From: Myxococcales bacterium
GTDB lineage: Bacteria > Myxococcota_A > UBA9042 > JABWCM01 > BTVJ01
DNA length: 64,000 bases
Assembly (NCBI GenBank): GCA_045863395.1
Contig: BTVJ01000002.1
Location: forward strand, 241,221-305,220
Direction of reading: 5' to 3'
Shown: piece by piece, positions 59,746 to 64,000 of the stretch
Numbering within the stretch: the first letter of the stretch is position 1
Layout of the letters: each line of letters opens with the position of its first letter
Notes under the pieces: generated by a model
The model's database searches: none
What the model was told of the DNA's origin: nothing
Seen by the model: only the letters and a program-made list of their open reading frames with translations
Program-made: the position numbers and the translations under genes

Positions 59746-61364
59746 TGCGTGCGCTCCATGTCTTCTACACCCTCGGCGTGAAGCCGCAGCGGGCACTCTA
59801 CGTCCCGGCGCACGACCATGAGGCGGCGGCCTCGGCGCAGAAGTTTGCGCTCACCGCGCTCCTCGACATGGGCTGGCCCGTGCCCACGGGGCGCTTGGCT
59901 GGGGCGAGCTTTCACCTTCTCCCGACGGCGGAGCTCTTCGAGCCGATCGAGCCCACGTCGCGATGCGTTTGCCCGGCGCCCCCGGAGGCCCCGTCGCCCG
60001 TTGAGCAGCTCCTCGGTGAGCTCGCCGAGGTCAGCGAAGGAGCCGCAGCGACAGCGAGGCGCGACGCCGAGGAGCAGCGCAGGAGTCCCCTCAACCAGCG
60101 CGACGTACGGACCATCTGGACCATCGTGGATCGCCTGATGGACACGGTGCGGGATGGCGATGACGTGCTCATCGAGGCGACCAACGGGATCCGGTCGATC
60201 TCCCTCGGGATCCTGCTGGGTGCGGGTCTCCTGCGCGCTCACCGGCCCAAGGTCAACGTGCTTGCCGTGACCTACGCCGAGTTCGGCGCTGCCAGTCTCC
60301 CCGAGAAGTGGAGTGGTCGTGCCGGAGAAATCGAGCGTGCCAGCCCCGTCCACGACCTCCGCCCCTTCTTCGATCTCTTCGACTGGTCACACGCCTCGCG
60401 CCAGCTCACCGAGACTCTGGACTCCCGGCGTATCGCGGCACTCCTGCAGCGCGATTGGGGTGGTGCCGCGGCCGCAAGTGACATTCCTACTCGGGTGGCC
60501 GAGCTTGGGGACGCCCTGGCGATCAACTGGCCGTCCAAGGTCGTCGGTGCCTGGCAGGCCTTTCAGGAGTCGGTCGTGCGGTCGTCCGGCGAGGAGCTGC
60601 GCCAGAGAAGCCCCGCCGCAGCCATCGTGCTCGACCACGCGCAGCGGGACCTGTCCACGCTGGCGTTCGCCGCAGCCGCCCGCACTGAGGAACTCACTGA
60701 GGAGAGGCTCCACTTCGACTTGCGCCTCATCGAGCGGCTCCACCAGGTGGGCCGCGAGGGGGACGCCATCCGGGGGCTCCGGGAGTGGTTCGTCAACGCG
60801 GTCCTGCTGGCGTCGGGGAGCGCGGACACCTGGCTCGAGGGGCCTGTGCGAGCGCGGGCCGAGGCAGCGCTGCATCGGGACACGAATGACGTCGGGCGGC
60901 GCTGGAAGGTGGTGGGCCGGGTCCGCAACGCTGCCTCCCACCTCGGCTACAACGAGAAGCACGATCCTACCCCCGAGAGTGTGACCGGGGTGCTGCACGA
61001 CGCTCTCGGTGAGCTGACCCAATGGATGACGGACCCAGAGTGGACCGCCCGGTTCGCGTTGACACGCCAGGGCGAGGTCTGGGTCACCGACCAGTTCCAC
61101 CCGGCGATGCTGAGCGGCGGCGCGGCGTTCAACGTGCGGGTCACGCGGGTCAAGGCGGACGAGGTGCGGTTGCGGTTGGGCGATGACTTTCGGGTAGCCA
61201 TCAGCGACGACGCGACCAAAGCAGAAGTCCAGAAGGTGTGTGGGCGAGAGGTCGTCTCCGAGGGTGCCGCAGGCCTGCGGTTGACGGTAGGGACGGCTGT
61301 CGTGGTCGCTGGCCCCCATGCACCGAGCCACAAACATCGGTGGCACCTCGTGGAGGTCGGGTAG
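59745..61364 (+). CDS. csx1: Csx1-like CARF-HEPN ribonuclease with C-terminal DUF1874/Crn2-like domain
   Basis: CARF VLIEATNGIRS, PVHDLRPFFDLFDW; HEPN RNAASH; extra ~95-aa C-terminal domain; TGATG coupling. Confidence 0.8.
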   Translation: MRALHVFYTLGVKPQRALYVPAHDHEAAASAQKFALTALLDMGWPVPTGRLAGASFHLLPTAELFEPIEPTSRCVCPAPPEAPSPVEQLLGELAEVSEGAAATARRDAEEQRRSPLNQRDVRTIWTIVDRLMDTVRDGDDVLIEATNGIRSISLGILLGAGLLRAHRPKVNVLAVTYAEFGAASLPEKWSGRAGEIERASPVHDLRPFFDLFDWSHASRQLTETLDSRRIAALLQRDWGGAAAASDIPTRVAELGDALAINWPSKVVGAWQAFQESVVRSSGEELRQRSPAAAIVLDHAQRDLSTLAFAAAARTEELTEERLHFDLRLIERLHQVGREGDAIRGLREWFVNAVLLASGSADTWLEGPVRARAEAALHRDTNDVGRRWKVVGRVRNAASHLGYNEKHDPTPESVTGVLHDALGELTQWMTDPEWTARFALTRQGEVWVTDQFHPAMLSGGAAFNVRVTRVKADEVRLRLGDDFRVAISDDATKAEVQKVCGREVVSEGAAGLRLTVGTAVVVAGPHAPSHKHRWHLVEVG

Positions 61365-61708
61365 GACGCTCGGTGGCGGTTAGTGGGGACGTCCACCGCC
61401 GCGCCGAGGGGAGGGCGTGTAAGGCCCGCGCCCGCTCGCGGGCGGACCCCTCTCCCAGTTGACGCAGGCGGGCGCGCCGTGCCTTACTCCACGCGCTGCC
61501 GTCTTGTGCGCGGCGGCGGGAGGTCGGCGGGTGCCAGCCACGGGGAGAGAGCGAGACCGGACCAGCCGGGCACCGCTTCTGCGCAGTGGTTCCCCCGCTG
61601 GACCTGTCGCGACGTGGCCTCGCCGCCATTCGGCGCCTCGGAGGGGCTTCGCAAACCGACACTGCGATTGCTCCGTTCACCCGTGCCTCGATGTCTGAGG
61701 CGGGTCGC

Positions 61709-63751
61709 ATGATCGCCCGGACCGCCCTCCTGGGCATGGTCGTCGGCTTCATGGCTTGGGGCGCCGATGTGGCGCTCGTACTCGGAGAGGCTGGCCTGGC
61801 GCTGATCCTGGGTCTCCTCGGCCTCCTCGGTGCCGCCGGGGGCTTGCTGGGGACGGTCGTGGGCCTCGTCCTCTTCGCGGGGGACGCCCTCGCGCGCCGC
61901 CTGCCTGCCTCCCGTCCGCGCCTCGTCCGCGCCGCCGTGGACGCCGCCTTGTCTCTCCCCGCCATCGTGGTGCTCGCCCGCCGGGTCTTCTCGGGGAAGG
62001 GCCTTGCTGCCAGCGCCTTGAGCAGCGCGGGTCCGTGGCTCTTCCTCCTCGTGGCGCTCTTGGGGGTCGCCGCCCTCTCCCTGACCTTGCGGGCCCTCCA
62101 CCGCGCCCTGAGTGGGGTCGCGCGCCCGGGTGCGCGCCTCGTGGCCCTCGCGGCTGCCGTCGCCCTGGCCGCCGCCTTGATCGTCGCGGAGCGCACGCAG
62201 CCCATCGACGCCTACTTCTACCTGCACGTGACGGCGCTGCTCCTCGCCGCCGTGCCGCTCCTGGTGGCGCTTGACGCGCTGATCCCGCCGGCCCCTGCCT
62301 GGCTCCCCCTCGCCTCCATGAGCGCCGCCCTGGCCTTGGCCGCGGCCCTCGACCCGACCGCCTCCGCCGGGGACCGGCTGCTGCTCTATGACCGTCCGCT
62401 CATCGCCGGGCGGGTGACCCAGGGGGGCCGCCTGGCAGTGGATCGAGACCGGGACGGCTTCTCCCCCGTCTTCGGCGGCGGCGACTGCGACGACGGGGAC
62501 GCTGGCATCCATCCGCTCGCACTGGACCGTCCAGGCGGCCCGGATCAGGACTGCGACGGCGTTGACCCAGCGTCACCCCTCGCTCCCCCACCGGCCCCCG
62601 ACTGCCCACCCCCCGAGGCCGTCGTCGCCGCCCGGGACGCGCTCCGCGGCGCCAACCTCCTCGTCATCATCGTGGACGCGCTCCGCGCCGACCGGGTGGG
62701 CTCGGGCACCGTCCCGACCCTGGATGCGCTGGCACGCGGCGGTGTCCACTTCCGCCGGGCCTTCGCGCCTGCGACCTCCACGGGCTGGGTCATCCCGGCA
62801 ACCCTGGGGGGCCACATGCGGCTGCCCGAGGGGGCCCCGACGTTGATCGAGGCCCTCCGGGCGGTCGGCTACCACACGGGCATGGCGGTCATCGACGACA
62901 CGGAGCGCGTGTTCGGTCCCCTCCTCGCCCGCTTCGATGCCGTCACGAGCCTGCCCACCGAGCGGGCCGCCGTCTCCGTGGGGAGCGGCGTCACGAGCTT
63001 CACGTCCGAGGCCCTCGTCCGTGAGGCGCTGGCGTGGGTGGGTGCTGCCCCGGCTGGTCGACCGATCGCTCTGGTGGTCCATCTCATGGACGCCCACCAG
63101 TGGTACCGCATCGAGGACCCCGCGCTGGAAGAGGCGGCCAGAGCCGGCAGTGCGGCCCGTTACGACGCGGTCCTGCGCCGGCAGGACGTCGCGGTGGCCG
63201 CGCTCCTGGACGGCATGCGCGACCGGGGCCCCCTCCTCACCGCGGTGTTCGCCGACCACGGAGAGGGCCTCGGCTCCCGGGGCATCACGACCCACGGCCG
63301 CCATGTGTACCCGGTGCTGAGCCACGTCCCGGTGATCCTCGCGGGTCCGGGGCTCCCGCCGCGCCCGGTGGACGCGACCGTTGGGCTCCTGGACCTGGCG
63401 CCGACCCTGGCGGACCTGCTCTCCCTCGCCCCGATCCCAGGCGCCGAGGGACGGAGCCTCGCGCCGCTCGCCCTCGGGGCGCCCGCGGACACCTGCGAGC
63501 GCCCCGTCTTCATGGCCGACATCGTGCAGGCGGGCGTGGCGTGGCGCGACCGGATGCTCACCGTCATGCCGACCTCGAACGTCATCGAGCTGTTGGATCT
63601 GGGCCTACCCCCCTTGTCGCCGGGGGAGTCGCCCGCAACGCGCAACCTGGCAGCGGCGGAGCCGGAGACGACGGCGCTCCTGCTCGGCTGGCTCCGGTGG
63701 CGCTTCGCCCCCGAGGCGCCCCACCCGGTGCGCCTCCCGTGGGCGCCGTGA
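61709..63751 (+). CDS. Multi-TM sulfatase-like hydrolase/transferase with one MopE-type motif (start uncertain)
   Basis: N-terminal TM helices; DRDRDGF...GGDCDD...DQDCDG; IIVDALRAD, FADHGE, HG, HVPVI. Confidence 0.85.
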   Translation: MIARTALLGMVVGFMAWGADVALVLGEAGLALILGLLGLLGAAGGLLGTVVGLVLFAGDALARRLPASRPRLVRAAVDAALSLPAIVVLARRVFSGKGLAASALSSAGPWLFLLVALLGVAALSLTLRALHRALSGVARPGARLVALAAAVALAAALIVAERTQPIDAYFYLHVTALLLAAVPLLVALDALIPPAPAWLPLASMSAALALAAALDPTASAGDRLLLYDRPLIAGRVTQGGRLAVDRDRDGFSPVFGGGDCDDGDAGIHPLALDRPGGPDQDCDGVDPASPLAPPPAPDCPPPEAVVAARDALRGANLLVIIVDALRADRVGSGTVPTLDALARGGVHFRRAFAPATSTGWVIPATLGGHMRLPEGAPTLIEALRAVGYHTGMAVIDDTERVFGPLLARFDAVTSLPTERAAVSVGSGVTSFTSEALVREALAWVGAAPAGRPIALVVHLMDAHQWYRIEDPALEEAARAGSAARYDAVLRRQDVAVAALLDGMRDRGPLLTAVFADHGEGLGSRGITTHGRHVYPVLSHVPVILAGPGLPPRPVDATVGLLDLAPTLADLLSLAPIPGAEGRSLAPLALGAPADTCERPVFMADIVQAGVAWRDRMLTVMPTSNVIELLDLGLPPLSPGESPATRNLAAAEPETTALLLGWLRWRFAPEAPHPVRLPWAP

Positions 63752-63798
63752 CGAACGTTGGGGCCCTCGCATCGGGGCGCCCAGCCGTGGAGTGAGCG

Positions 63799-64000
63799 AT
63801 GTGTGGACTCGTTGGCGCGCTCGTCCTCGACAGTGACTTCCGGGTGGAGCCCGACTGGCTCGCTCGCATGCGTGACGCCATGGCCCATCGAGGCCCCGAC
63901 GGGGCCGGCCTCTGGGTCGCCGACGACGGCCGCGTCGCTCTGGGTCACCGCCGCCTCGCCATCCTGGACCTGACCGACGCCGCCGCCCAGCCCATGCGCA
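63799..64000 (+). CDS. asnB: Asparagine synthase (glutamine-hydrolysing) family, 3' truncated by the window edge
   Basis: ATG 63799 reads MCGLVG...MAHRGPDG...LGHRRLAILDL...AQPM. Not in the ORF track because it has no stop in the window. Confidence 0.92.
   Translation, partial: MCGLVGALVLDSDFRVEPDWLARMRDAMAHRGPDGAGLWVADDGRVALGHRRLAILDLTDAAAQPMR

Overview
High-GC bacterial DNA; gene content (MopE-type Cys/Asp repeat lipoproteins, a mitochondrial-G1-like EF-G) suggests Myxococcota or another delta-proteobacterial lineage (inference). Left to right: (1) the right end of a prophage (tail-region genes, endolysin and lysis genes, an HTH gene), bounded by a 3' half tRNA-Ala(CGC) att site at about 6.69-6.74 kb; (2) a minus-strand run with a PAS kinase/response regulator, two cytochrome P460-like and two NHL-repeat lipoproteins, and a large Cys-rich surface protein; (3) fusA outside the str operon with an ATPase-like partner; (4) an SDR + FAAL + iterative-type PKS fused to a PLP alpha-oxoamine synthase; (5) Rrf2, rhodanese, EamA, FG-GAP/MopE proteins and a methionine-salvage operon with a RuBisCO-like protein; (6) a lipoprotein peroxiredoxin with an in-frame TGA at the catalytic site and a SECIS-like hairpin (selenoprotein); (7) a type III-D CRISPR effector operon with no array, cas6 or cas1 in the window, continued by an ABC-ATPase + PLD-like pair and a Csx1 fused to a degenerate Crn2/AcrIII-1-like domain; (8) a sulfatase-like membrane protein and the start of asnB. 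All family calls come from reading motifs by eye; no searches were run.
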